DNA of 63,012 nt, filler included, from Octopus bimaculoides (GCF_001194135.2; 6 parts of 4 records of this genome joined end to end with filler, not necessarily neighbours in it), one strand, 5' to 3'. Positions 12,100-25,371 are shown, counted from the whole stretch's first letter. A program made the numbers and translations. The notes: a model not told the origin generated them from the letters alone.

Positions 12100-12525
12100 T
12101 TAGAACAAAACATACAGGAGAAATCCAAAGTAATAGATTTATTAGAGAAAACTCTCTCTGCAACAAAAATCAGTATACTAGCTAGATGATTAAAATTACT
12201 CCAACCCCATGAAGATCTAACCAGAATGAAATTAAAGACAATATTTCAGAATTCTGCAGAAAACTACGACTCAGAAGCACTACAAACGATCACCAATTAC
12301 CACCCCTTAGATATTTCTACTTGTTGAATCATTCATTTACAAACTTTACACACAATATGGATCAAAATCTTTTTAAGAAAATATGAAATTACAATAATTT
12401 CAATGTTATGATTAGTGAAAGCGAAAACTGGTAGACAAACACAATACTCTTTCACTTATAAAATATATAAAAACTATATAAACTGCATGCATGTTCCTTC
12501 TTTTATTTTATATATATTTTTTGCA
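12100..12525 (+). mobile_element. PLE N-terminal ORF fragment plus tail repeat, opposite to the adjacent PLE fragment
   Basis: ISILAR*LK(I)TPTP..EFCRKLRL resembles the PLE ORF N-terminus; followed by a tail with a variant hammerhead motif at 12404-12437. Confidence 0.55.
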
Positions 12526-12721
12526 TTACANNNNNNNNNNNNNNNNNNNNNNNNNNNNNNNNNNNNNNNNNNNNNNNNNNNNNNNNNNNNNNNNNNNNNN
12601 NNNNNNNNNNNNNNNNNNNNNNNNNNNNNNNNNNNNNNNNNNNNNNNNNNNNNNNNNNNNNNNNNNNNNNATAAGCAATGTTAATTCTCTAAATGAAGTA
12701 TTAACAGTAACTGCACGATAA

Positions 12722-12803
12722 AGTGTAGTATATTGCCACTTAAGTGTGGCTGACCCATCCACCCCTAGGGGTCAGCCACACTTAAGTGGCAATATACTAC
12801 ACT
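12722..12803. repeat. Perfect 35-bp inverted repeat with 12-nt spacer
   Basis: AGTGTAGTATATTGCCACTTAAGTGTGGCTGACCC (12722-12756) and its exact complement at 12769-12803. Confidence 0.95.
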
Positions 12804-13053
12804 ATATATATATATATATATATATGTCTGTATGAGTTAGAGGTTAAGCAACCATCTATGGGATAATAAATATCCAATATACTTCTGGATGTATATCTAC
12901 GTATTTATATCCAAGTGCTTACTATTGCAGGACAATATTGCACTTGGATAATAGGTATGAGTGGGGGTAAAACAGAAATTTACCCAGAATTTATAAGGCA
13001 AATAAGAAAATGAAGAGGGTAATCAATCAATCAACAAACATCAGCCTATAAAC

Positions 13054-13399
13054 ATTTATTAATTAATTACAATCATATATATATATAAGTAATTAAAATA
13101 AACAAATAAACAAGTAAATAAATAAATAAAAATAAATAAATGAATAAGAATAAATGAGTGAAAAATGCTATTGCAGCTGCTTCTACTATGGGGGTTGTCC
13201 AATTTGCTAAGTTTTCCACATATTGCTGGTATGATGTGGAAAACTTGGGAAATTGGCCAACCCCATAATAGAAAACAGCTGTAAGAGTTTAGTATTTTTT
13301 CACTCATTTATTCTTATTCATTTATTTATTTTTATTTGCCTATTTATTTATTTGTTTATTTTGATTACTTATACACATGATTGTAATTAATTAATAAAT
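13054..13399. repeat. Foldback cassette, about 345 bp
   Basis: Arms ATTTATTAATTAATTACAATCAT..GAATAAGAATAAATGAGTGAAAAA..AAGTTTTCCACAT mirrored around about 13226. Confidence 0.9.
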
Positions 13400-13512
13400 A
13401 GATCCAAACAAATATTTACCAGCTGATATTTGTCAATTGTTAATCCTCTCTTCTTATTTGCCTAATACACACACACAAACACACACACACGCACATATAT
13501 ATATATATAGAC

Positions 13513-13544
<32 letters not shown>

Positions 13545-14026
13545 NNNNNNNNNNNNNNNNNNNNNNNNNNNNNNNNNNNNNNNNNNNNNNNNNNNNNNNN
13601 NNNNNNNNNNNNNNNNNNNNNNNNNNNNNNNNNNNNNNNNNNNNNNNNNNNNNNNNNNNNNNNNNNNNNNNNNNNNNNNNNNNNNNNNNNNNNNNNNNNN
13701 NNNNNNNNNNNNNNNNNNNNNNNNNNNNNNNNNNNNNNNNNNNNNNNNNNNNNNNNNNNNNNNNNNNNNNNNNNNNNNNNNNNNNNNNNNNNNNNNNNNN
13801 NNNNNNNNNNNNNNNNNNNNNNNNNNNNNNNNNNNNNNNNNNNNNNNNNNNNNNNNNNNNNNNNNNNNNNNNNNNNNNNNNNNNNNNNNNNNNNNNNNNN
13901 NNNNNNNNNNNNNNNNNNNNNNNNNNNNNNNNNNNNNNNNNNNNNNNNNNNNNNNNNNNNNNNNNNNNNNNNNNNNNNNNNNNNNNNNNNNNNNNNNNNN
14001 NNACACACACACACACACACACACAC

Positions 14027-16850
14027 ATCATCATCATCATCATTTAACGTCCGCCTTCCATGCTGGCATGAGTGGGATAGTTTGACAGGAGCCAGCCAGG
14101 CAGAAGTTTGCATCAGACTTCTGTGACTGTTTTGGCAGGATTTTTACAGCTGGATGCCCTTCCTAACACCAACCACTCAGCAGAACGGACTTAGTGCTTT
14201 TTATGTTGTACAAGCACAGGCAAGGTCAGCTTTTACAGTTGGATGCCCTTCCAAACACCAACCACTTTACATTGTGGACTGGATGCTTTTTAAGTAGCAC
14301 CCACACTGACAGGGTCACTAAGTACCTTGCAAGACAAAAAAAAAAAAATCTTTTGAGAGGGGAGGGTGCATTAGAGGAAGTGATCTTGTGTTAGATGATG
14401 AAAGATTATAATGAGACAGAGAGACAGAAACAGGTGTCTTGCTGTAGAGGAGGTACAAAGTTACTGGCCGGAAAAAGTGAGAGAGATAGAGAGGTGTGTT
14501 GTTGCAAAGGAGATATATGATTACTCAGAGGAGATACATGGTTACCCAACCTAGGGGAAGTGTAGGAGAAGAAGAGAGAGAGTAGGAGACTGCAGGATAG
14601 TGATAGTGGTAAAGTGCCAGACATACTCACAAGGGACAGGGATTAGAATATAAATGGGATGGTTGATTAATGGAAGAGAAAGATATAGATGGTAGCAAGT
14701 GCCAGGGTATACCCTTGAGGTTCGAACATCATAATATAAGTGGCAAAAGATTGTGAAAGAAGTGTGATTAGAGAGTGCAGAGGGGGTGGAAGTGAGTGGT
14801 GAAGACCTGGGTATATATAGAGTGGTGGGGCTACCAGATAGCAATGATACAGAGAAACAGGGTCATGAGGACAGGACTGGGGAGTGAGAGGTAAGCATAA
14901 TGTATGAAGGAGGAAATATGAGGAACAGAAAAGTTGTAGAGATGTAGATTGGTTTGTTGGGGTAGAGTGTTTGAAAAATTTTCTTGTTATGTGTGGGTTG
15001 GGGGCTAGTGGAGAGCAATGATACAATGTAACAGGGCCAAGAGGACAGGATTGGGGAGTGGGAAGTAAGCATAGTGCATGAAATAGACATGGGGAAGAGA
15101 AGAGATGTAGTTTTGTTTGTTGTGAGAAGTTTTCTTGTTAAGTGTGAGTGGGACATGCAGTGCTTCTAGAACTCAGTTTCACTGACGTGGGTGGGTCTTC
15201 TCAAGAACCTCTTATTGCCAGACATCTTAGTCCATTGTCATTTCCTCCATGAGGCCCAATATCCTGAGATCGGTCCTTACCATTTCATGCCATGTCTTCC
15301 TAGGTCTTCCTCTTCAATGGGTACCATCCACTTTCAGTGATTGGCACTTCTTTATGTAGCTGTCCTCATTCTTACACATCACATGTTCAAACCAAAGTAG
15401 CTTTCTCTCTTGCATGCTACATTTGGTTCCTTTTATGCTCAACTTTTTTCTTAATACATTTGCACTTTGTCGTACACGCGCACTGATGTTGCACATCCGA
15501 CAAAGCATACTACCTTCATTTCTCTTCAGTCTACGCATGTCTTCTACATTCAGAGCCCATGTCTCACTATCATAGCATATAGCTGTTTGCACACAAGCAT
15601 CATGCAGTCTATCTTTCACTCTGAGAGAGAGTTTTTTTATTGCCAATAGAAGTATAGCTCTCTGAACTTCCTCCACCCCATTCTTATTCTAGAAACAATA
15701 CTTTCAGAGCATCCTCCGCCATTGCTAATTTGATCACCTGGATAACAGAAGCTATCTACAACCTTAAGAAAGCCTCCTGGGCGTTTGAGAGAATCTAAGT
15801 CTTGTGTGCTCTTAGTGCTTATTGTTCCTGCACATCTGCCACATACAAAGCTGACTTTGTCTGTTAATCTACCTGTGATTCCACTGCACTTCTTATGTGT
15901 CCGTAGTTTACATTGGGTACAGTGAATGGAATTTCTTCCAATTCCTTTCCTGTATTTTGAGTAGAGCCATTTACCTGATGGAAAGAGAGTTTTATCTTCT
16001 TTCTTACTGAGAACAACTTTAGTCTTTGCTAGGTTAACTTTAAAGCCTTTTGGTTCTGGGTTTTGTTTCCATCCCTAGAATTTCTTCACCAAAGATTCTG
16101 CAATAAGAGCAAGGTCATCAGCATATAGCAATTCCCACAGACACCCAGTTTTGAATTCCTCTGTTATGGCCTGGAGGACTAAGAGTGGGCTGAGAACTGA
16201 GCCCTGGTGAACCCCTACCTGAACGCTAAATTCATCACTGTATTCATGCCTGACACTCACCTTACTGACAGCATCACTGTACATGACTTGTACAGCTCTA
16301 ACCAGCCACTCCTCTACTCCTAACTTCCTTAGAGACCACTATATAACAGATCGGGGAACTCAAGTTGACAAAGGCTAAGTACAATGGCTACTTTTGGCCA
16401 AGTACTTTTCCTGCAGCTGTCCCACTAGGAAGATGACATCTGTGGTACTCTTCCCAGGAACAAGACCAAACTGCATCACATCTAGTTTAATTTTATTCCT
16501 AATCAATTGAACTATAACCCTCTCAGTAACTTTCATGACTTGCTCTGTAGTTGTTTCTATCTAAGGTATCACCTTTATCCTTGTAGCAGCTAACTATAAT
16601 ATTACTACACTAGTCATTGGGAATGGTGCCTTCCTGAATAATGTGATTAACTATATGGGTGACTATGCTGTATCCTACACCACCAGAAATTTTAATCATC
16701 ACGGCAGTGATTCCTAATGTCCCAGGGGCTTTCCCTGTCTTCATATCCTTAATAGCCTTATTTATTATGCTGCTATCAACTCTGATGACTGGTCTCTCAA
16801 TTGGTTTGATATTTGTAGAATATATAATATAAATATTTCCATATTGGCTA
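14027..16850 (-). mobile_element. Decayed RTE LINE (about 2.8 kb, RT through 3'UTR and (ATG)n tail)
   Basis: KAPG, FGLVPGKSTTDVIFLV, VHQGSVLSPLL, LLYADDL, Cys-rich insert (CTQC..HKKC), YDSETWAL. Purine-rich segment at 14400-15150 has a duplicated unit of about 175 bp. Confidence 0.9.
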
Positions 16851-16959
16851 ACTCTGATGAGCATAAAGTTATATAATCGGATTGTTACCTAACACTCCAT
16901 TGCATTCTTTACACAAAACTGATTGATAAGATCAGCCATGATGGATATTTAATACTATA

Positions 16960-18160
16960 CTTTGTGGATATATATATATATAATGATAATATAAGCAATA
17001 TATATATGCATATATACATACGTATATGTACATACTTACATATATACACATATACATATGCATATGTGGGCACAGGACATCACACAACGTAAACAACAAA
17101 ATATACGAAATAAGAATAAAATGGAATATGAACTTTTTTTGCAAACAACGAAGGAAACAAATGGAAAACAAGACACGCAACATAAAGAACGACCCTTCAT
17201 TAGTTGTCGGCTATTTTTCTAATCTGTATTTTGAACATTTCATGACAAGCTACGCCTTCAATAAAACAGTTGCTCCTGCAAAGCAAATTAAATAAAATTT
17301 GGGATTTTGCGGAGGGTCAAAATGGGTAACAAAAACAGGACAGTGAAAACAAACAGGAAGGGCTGCTAAGCCTAAACAGAGTGAGGTAGTGAAGGTGAAG
17401 AAGCAAGCTTAGATGGGAGACAGACAAGAATACGTCTGATTCGTCCAGCTGTATCAGGAGGAAAGAAAGAAACACAAGTTAGGGAAAGAAAGAAAGAAAG
17501 AAAGATGGCCGATGATCATGTGGGAGCCATGAGAGAGCAAAGGAGGAAGAGTGAGGGAGAGAGAATGACAGACAGAGAATAGCGAAGGGGAGAGAAAAAT
17601 TTAGAGAAAGGATAAGAGAGAAAAAAATGAGAGGGGAGAAGGGGAGAAGGGGAGATAAAAAGAATTATAGAGAAGAAGAGAGAAAACGAAAGAGTGATAG
17701 AATAACAGAGTAATAGAAGAGAGAAAATGAAATAGAATAGAATAGAAAGTGTCACATCAGAATTATTAAGATAAAACTTACTTGGAAATGGATGCGTGGC
17801 ATTCAATCATGTAATAATATAAATAATATATATATGCATATATACATACGTATATGTACATACATATATACACATATACATATGCATATGTGGGCACAGA
17901 ACGTAAACAACAAAAAATATGAAAATATGGAATAGGATGGAATATGAACTTTTTTGTGAACAACAAAGGAAACAAATGGAAAACAAGACATGCAACATAA
18001 AGAACGACCCTTCATCAGTTGTTGGCTGTTTATCTAATCCATATTTTGAGCATTTCACGACAAGATGCGTCTTTGATAAAACAATTAAATGCCATGCATC
18101 CAGTTCCAAGTAAGTTATATCTTAATAATTCTGATGCGACACTTTCTATTCTATTCTATT
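16960..18160 (-). repeat. Two direct copies of a PLE-associated terminal repeat; the second is bracketed by a 73-bp inverted repeat
   Basis: 16975-17275 resembles 17808-18090; 17731-17803 is the inverse of 18088-18160. The same family recurs at 58300-58640. Confidence 0.7.
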
Positions 18161-18184
18161 CTAGCAGGTTATTACACAAATTAG

Positions 18185-18710
18185 ATTCTGAGAGGTACAA
18201 GTAAAGTTGCTTTTACTTGTAAACCTCTATCCTTGTTTGAAAAGGAAATTTGAGCCTTCAAGTAGGTTGGGGCATGTTCCACAGTTTGGGTGTCAACATT
18301 TTTTAGCGATTAGTTTCGTGGTTGTTGTGTAAAGCTTCGCATTTGTTAGAAGTCTCTTTAGCAATTTGTGTTGCTTTTTGCATTTGATGAATTTATGTGC
18401 TTTCAGGATGTTGTTAATTTTTGGGTTTCTAGTTAGTAAAAAAAGATTTTGCATAGTGTTGTATGCCTCATTGTTTCTAGGGTTGTGAGTTGATATATAC
18501 AGTAGTGTTTTGAGATGAGGTGTGATGTTATGTTTCGTTGTCTTTAGTGTTTTTATGTCTAATTTCTTGGCACACTTAATTCCATTGTCTATAAGTGAGG
18601 GTGAATATTGTCTTCAGTTAGTGTAGTTCTAAGGTTTTGAAGACGAAGATCCTGAGTAATTCTATCAGACACTATAGTGCAAATACTTTTTGCCAAATTA
18701 ATATATATAT
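18185..18710 (-). mobile_element. Penelope-like element RT-linker/EN fragment
   Basis: Colinear with 9944-10230 plus 11524-11800 (CGTCPNLLEG..STHNPRNNEA). Confidence 0.85.
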
Positions 18711-18911
18711 ATACATAATATATATACATAAGATAAGCATATAGGGATAAATTATCCAGGTGGGTACCACAATAGCTCTCAGGTATATTTCAGGTTCTGG
18801 CTAACCACATCAAGTAGCAATAAACATCAATGATCGCTTAGAGTGAGCAATCTATCTGGGTAAATCTAGGTTTGCTTCTCTGGATTATGTATATTTTCAG
18901 TGGTGTAAATT

Positions 18912-19803
18912 CCAAACAATTACAAAGTGTATAGAAATTGGTACACCTTCAAATTTTTCTTTCAGTTTAACAGTTAGTTATACAGCATTATTAATTAGTT
19001 AAACCAACTGACAAGTGTTTCTGCTGTGCAGAGTATGTGCAGTTGCACACACAACCCACCATATTCTGTTATGCACCTTCATTTGAGTCTTTCCACAAGC
19101 ATGGTTGAAAGTGAAGTGAATTTATTTATTAGTGGCTACCTTATTTCATTATTCTACTATGTTTAAGATACAAAATGAAAGTGATGGGGATATGTTGAAA
19201 TCTATAAAATTTATTCTGTGCCTGACATCAAGTCAGGATGAAATATACATTGAATTAAGTCAAAATATATCTGAGTATTCTAATAGGCTTTGTTTATGCA
19301 TTAAAAGAGATTGAGTAAAATTAAATTAAATTTAATTACATCGATGGAATTCTGTCATATATATTTTTAAGATGTTCATAGGGAAGGTGCACTTTACTAT
19401 GATTTATTAAAAAAATGTAAAAAAAAATAAGAAAGATATTTGAAGCTAGTGATAGTAACAATACTTAGCTAAAAGTTAAACTAGCTATTGTCCTACCATT
19501 TACTTCTACCATTCAGGCACCTCCCTTTGTAAAGCGAATTTTATCCTGTATCATAAACATGGTAGAATAATGAAATAAGCTAATCCCAAAGAAATAAACT
19601 CAGTTTGCTTTGAACCACACTTGCAGAAAGAACTTGAATGAAAGTGCATAGCAGAATATAGTGGGTTGCTTGCATAACTGCATATAGTCTGTGCAGCAAA
19701 AATGTGTTGGTCATTTTAACTAACTAATGCTGTATTACTAACTGTTAAATTAAAAGAAAAATTTGAAGATATACCAGTCTCCATATTCTTTGTAATTGTT
19801 TGG
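18912..19803. repeat. Long foldback element (arms about 280 bp, spacer about 330 bp)
   Basis: CCAAACAATTACAAAG..CTTCAAATTTTTCTTT..CTTATTTCATTATTCTAC mirrored at 19520-19803; visibly diverged arms. Confidence 0.85.
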
Positions 19804-19844
19804 TATATATTTTTTCCCCTTTTCTAGTTTCAGCTTTGCTACAC

Positions 19845-19995
19845 TTTCACAAAACCTCCTCTGATGTGTGGCATTTGGTGAATGAAGGAGTTTGATGTTG
19901 CTGCCCTCAACATTTCTTGACATGAGGTAGGTTCATCCAGAAGTCTTGGCAGGTGGTGATCCAGTTTCGTTTTGAAGATACCTACATTCATCATG
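19845..19995 (-). mobile_element. LINE extreme 3' end (CR1/Jockey-like)
   Basis: IFKTKLDHHLPRLLDEPT..RAATSNSFIHQ. Confidence 0.6.
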
Positions 19996-20019
19996 TGTGT
20001 GTGTGTGTGTGTGTGTGTA

Positions 20020-21432
20020 TCTCTAATATATAAAACAGAGATGTCTGTGTATTCGCTTTTCACGTAAAATCGACTTCACCAAATGCTTCCATACTTGTGA
20101 TGCATGAATAATTTGACCTCGGATAAATGTTAGGCTCTTTATTTGATTTTTAAAATTAAAAATAAATAATATTGCTTTATATTTATGATTCACTTCTTTA
20201 AAAAGGTTCCTCAATGCCAACTTCCGGTATTGACGTAACAACGGCAAAAAGCTTCGCTTTTCAAATGAAATCGACTTCACCAAANNNNNNNNNNNNNNNN
20301 NNNNNNNNNNNNNNNNNNNNNNNNNNNNNNNNNNNNNNNNNNNNNNNNNNNNNNNNNNNNNNNNNNNNNNNNNNNNNNNNNNNNNNNNNNNNNNNNNNNN
20401 NNNNNNNNNNNNNNNNNNNNNNNNNNNNNNNNNNNNNNNNNNNNNNNNNNNNNNNNNNNNNNNNNNNNNNNNNNNNNNNNNNNNNNNNNNNNNNNNNNNN
20501 NNNNNNNNNNNNNNNNNNNNNNNNNNNNNNNNNNNNNNNNNNNNNNNNNNNNNNNNNNNNNNNNNNNNNNNNNNNNNNNNNNNNNNNNNNNNNNNNNNNN
20601 NNNNNNNNNNNNNNNNNNNNNNNNNNNNNNNNNNNNNNNNNNNNNNNNNNNNNNNNNNNNNNNNNNNNNNNNNNNNNNNNNNNNNNNNNNNNNNNNNNNN
20701 NNNNNNNNNNNNNNNNNNNNNNNNNNNNNNNNNNNNNNNNNNNNNNNNNNNNNNNNNNNNNNNNNNNNNNNNNNNNNNNNNNNNNNNNNNNNNNNNNNNN
20801 NNNNNNNNNNNNNNNNNNNNNNNNNNNNNNNNNNNNNNNNNNNNNNNNNNNNNNNNNNNNNNNNNNNNNNNNNNNNNNNNNNNNNNNNNNNNNNNNNNNN
20901 NNNNNNNNNNNNNNNNNNNNNNNNNNNNNNNNNNNNNNNNNNNNNNNNNNNNNNNNNNNNNNNNNNNNNNNNNNNNNNNNNNNNNNNNNNNNNNNNNNNN
21001 NNNNNNNNNNNNNNNNNCATATTTATGCATGTACGTATACATAACAACAAACCTCTCTCTATCATTCTCTCTCTCTCTCTCTGAAACGTCCATTTCATCT
21101 GATGTGTGATACTCTGTGTGTGTGTGTGTGCGTGCGTGCGTACGTGGGGGTTTCCGCAATCGCCATTTATTTCAATTACTCTTGTGAGGATATTCACGTA
21201 AATCATTTTTTTCATTTAATCCCCATTTTAATTTTCATAAAAGTTTCCAAGTACCAATGAGGCTTTTTGGAGCATCTTCAATTTTCCCATTCATGAGAGG
21301 CGCCCAGTCATCATTCATCTGAGAGTCCATCTACAGAATGTCCTCAAATTTCTATACAGCATATTTTGCTTTCTTTCTTCCAGTATATAAGCAGCAATTT
21401 CATTCCCGGGCAACGCCGGGTGCCTCTGCTAG
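20020..21432 (+). mobile_element. Non-autonomous Helitron (spans a gap)
   Basis: 5' A|TCTCTAATATATAAAA; 3' hairpin CCCGG-GCAACG-CCGGG (21405-21420), then CTAG|T at 21429-21433. Confidence 0.7.
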
Positions 21433-21474
21433 TGTATATATATAAACAATTACACACACACACACACACATTCT

Positions 21475-21930
21475 TTAATTCTTTTATTCTTTTATTTGTT
21501 TCAGTCATTTGACTGTGTCCATACTGGAGCACCAGATATTCTTTTATTCATTTCAGTCATTTTGACTGCGGCAATGCTGGAGCACTGCCTTTAGTCAAGC
21601 AAATCGACCCCAAGACTTATTCTTTGTAAGCCTAGTACTTATTCTATCGGTCTCTGATGTTGAACCGCTAAGTTACAGAGATGTAAACACACCAGCATCG
21701 ATGTCAAACGATGTTGGGACTCATACACACACAAACATATACACACACATACATATATATATATATATACGACGGGCTTCTTTCAGTTTCCGTCTACCAA
21801 ATCCACTCACAAGGCATTGGTCAGCCCGAGGGTATAGTTGGAGACACTTGCCCAAGGTGCCATGCAGTGGGACTGAACCTGGAAGCATGTGGTTGGTTAG
21901 CAAGCTACTTACCACACAGCCATTCCTGCA
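21475..21930 (-). mobile_element. Octopus-type SINE with an extra tail fragment
   Basis: Same head, core and tail as other copies. Confidence 0.85.
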
Positions 21931-21989
21931 CCTATGTATGTATGTATGTATGTATGTATATATATACACACACAGATATACATATACAT

Positions 21990-22048
<59 letters not shown>

Positions 22049-22092
22049 NNNNNNNNNNNNNNNNNNNNNNNNNNNNNNNNNNNNNNNNNNNN

Positions 22093-22104
22093 TTAATTAA
22101 TTAA
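22093..22104. other. Artificial assembly spacer TTAATTAATTAA (also 26612-26623, 39483-39494, 53020-53031, 57772-57783)
   Basis: Identical 12-mer embedded in N runs (44 N + 12 + 44 N at this site); gives stops in all six frames. Confidence 0.95.
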
Positions 22105-22251
22105 NNNNNNNNNNNNNNNNNNNNNNNNNNNNNNNNNNNNNNNNNNNNACGTACATATATATATATATTTAAATATATATATATATATTTGAATATATAT
22201 ATATATATTTAAATATATATATATATATATTTACATATATATATATATATT

Positions 22252-22283
<32 letters not shown>

Positions 22284-22922
22284 AATATATATCTATATAT
22301 GTGTATATATAGATATATGTATATCTATATACCATATAGATACATACACATTAAGCTTTGATCTGGTTTGTTGTGGTTCTGATATTCTTACCAAAAAAGT
22401 TTAAATATTGAAAAAAAACAAAAATTTTTTTTTTTATACATTCTTACAAATTTCTTCACTCTTCAAACAAGATTTCAAAAAAAAAAAAAAAAAATCTATA
22501 AAATATCGCAAACACACACAAATAAACAAATCAGCGAAAAAATATGTGGCCGGCACAGATACCAAAATCTCTGGTAATGTATTAATTATTTAATAATTGC
22601 ATTGATTGATTTGATTAATTAAGTAGGCATACGTATATAGTTATGTTCTCATATCTTCGTTAACAATTATTGATATATATATATTCTCAATTAGTTTAAT
22701 ATTTTGTTAACTATAATTATAAATATATTCATTGTTCAATTTTTGATTTGTTTGTTAGTGTACTTGTTAATTAGCTGTGGTCCAAATTTTTGGTGAAAAT
22801 CTGAAGAAATATTTTTAATCAGAAAATTTATTGGATTAGTGAATTAAAAGAAAGAGGAAATTATTTTTTTTCCATTCTCTGTCTCTCATCATCAAACTAT
22901 CATAGTTGGCAGTAGTCTTTGA

Positions 22923-22965
<43 letters not shown>

Positions 22966-23897
22966 NNNNNNNNNNNNNNNNNNNNNNNNNNNNNNNNNNN
23001 NNNNNNNNNNNNNNNNNNNNNNNNNNNNNNNNNNNNNNNNNNNNNNNNNNNNNNNNNNNTATATATATATATATGTATATGATTATGTGAACAGTGTTCG
23101 AAAATACTTATTCGAATGGAAAATTGTATGAATGGAAATTATTCAAAAGAACAATTATACAAAATGTTAATTATTCTAAATTTTTTCTATTATATTTAAA
23201 CAAAAATGATAAAATTAAAAATTAAGTACACAAATGATATTTATTTCGAATGACTGTTTTTTGAATAATTGTTTTCTGAAAATTTTCATGATACAATATA
23301 TATATATATATATACATACACATACATACTTTATCTATCCATACACACACACACACACATACATACCTTATACACACATATATATATGTTTGTATATATA
23401 GATCGTATAGAGACAGGCATTTTAATAACGTTTTTTGGTTTTGCCACCAATGGTGGGGTTATCTGAAGAATGGATGTGCGAAAACTCGGAGTATGAGTTA
23501 TTGAAATTGTCACCTGTTCTTGACATTGATCGACATTCTTGTATTCAAATCATTCTATTAGATTTAACATAACTCTCTCTCTCTCTCTCTCACACGCACA
23601 CAACTTTAATACAGAGGCAGTACTTTGGCAAAGATTGGCTCTGTTGGATAAAACAATCTTTAAAACATTCACACAACCATAATGGTTGTTTTTATGTCAA
23701 GTTGTAATAAAAAACAGTTTCACATAAAACTGTAGAATTATTCATTATTTTCTGTAGAGTAAATGTTTCTTAAACTTTTACAAGAAGCGTGATAGTGACT
23801 TCAAAGTTTTGGCCTGCTAGACAGTCTGACATAGATTAGCAGTACGAAATTTCAAAGTCGCTGTCACCCCTCTTATTTAAGTATAATATAAATATAT

Positions 23898-23932
<35 letters not shown>

Positions 23933-24432
23933 GTGTGTGTGTGTATATATATGTATGTATGTGATTCAATCCGCATATACTCAGAGTTTCCCCGCTACAT
24001 TCAGTTCTTCAGGCCACAGCAAAAATTGTTGCCGGTCTACCCGATAAACAACATCCATTTTAAATCATGTCTAAGTTCCAGCAAAAAATATTACTTGCAT
24101 CAAATAAATAAATATGATATTCTATAAATTTCTTGCTTTCTCTCTCTTTCTAGTATAATATTCTAAAATTCTACAAAAAAGAGGTAGATAGTAGAATCGG
24201 TAGACATCTTGTGACTTTCAGTAGAATGACAAATTTATGGTATGACTACAGTTTGGTGCCCTCCCCTTTTGAATTGGTTTTCTCATAACTTTCTGGAAAA
24301 AAAAAATCCCCCCTAAATCTTATGTCTTTAATGAAGTTTTGCAGAAATGCATTTCCAGATTAAAGAGCTTCAAATCATCTTATCTTGCTTCTGACGTCTT
24401 TTCCTAACTCCCTTTAAAATACATATTTTTAA

Positions 24433-24990
24433 CCCTTTTGATACCAACCTATCTATGATGGCTCCTAGGTCTGTGATATAAACTTTTTTCTTCTCAAGTG
24501 ATCTAAATTAAAATCTTCCATCAAATTTCTTGGTAAATTATATTTCAAACACCCAGCTTAATAATAACAAAGTCATTTCATTAAATTCTTCATCATTTTT
24601 TTTGAAATTAATAGAAATAAAAGCTGGGCATTCCAATAGATTTATAGTAAAGTGATCGACATTAAAACTTTCTATCGAAATTTCCCTGTTCCAAACACCA
24701 GTTAAATAATGACAGTTATTGTTCTAGATTCTTCGTTATTCTCATTCTTAATTGAACTAAAATAATTATAAAAACCCGTGTAGTTCAACAGAAATATCGT
24801 AAAAAGAGTTAAAGTGATTGAAAAACCCTCCATCCAAGTTTCACGTTTATTTGAACATCAGCTTGATAACGATGAGGTTATTTTACTAAATTTCTTCGTT
24901 ATTTTTCAAAATTAAATGGGGGGATGGGATGGGAAGGAAAATAGGCAGTGTATTTTCAACAGAAATATACTAAATATACTAGCTAAAGTG
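24433..24990. mobile_element. TTAA-flanked MITE (piggyBac/Kolobok-like) with internal tandem subrepeats
   Basis: TTAA|CCCTTT ... AAAGTG|TTAA; three degenerate internal units of about 160 bp; related to 25795-26015. Confidence 0.55.
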
Positions 24991-25371
24991 TTAAAATTAT
25001 CAAAATTAAACCTTCCAGCAAAATTTCATGTCAATTTACATTCTGACATAAGCTTAGAAATGACAAAGTTATTTTTTAGTAAATTCTTCATTACATTCCT
25101 AATTAATTGAAATGAAGGCATGTATTTCAGTAGAAATATTAGTAACAAAAATTCTAAAAAAAAAACGTTTTGTAGAAATACATTTTTGAGAATATATATT
25201 ATGTAATGTTGGTGATTCAGACGTATAATTCTGGGAAATAAGGAAAAAGAGAAAAATGCTTAAGCTACAGAAATTGGCGGCAACAAAGTTAGGACAGAAG
25301 AGCAGGAAGAATGAAACGGAAACTAATCCAAAGCCAGTTTTTTTCTTCCTTCTATATTCTATAATCTATAC

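Noticed and set aside
17990-18075. GAAA followed by CTGATGA on the minus strand (also about 17190 and 58440), a possible type-II hammerhead
   Set aside because: Stems I and II do not pair consistently in any permutation across the three copies.
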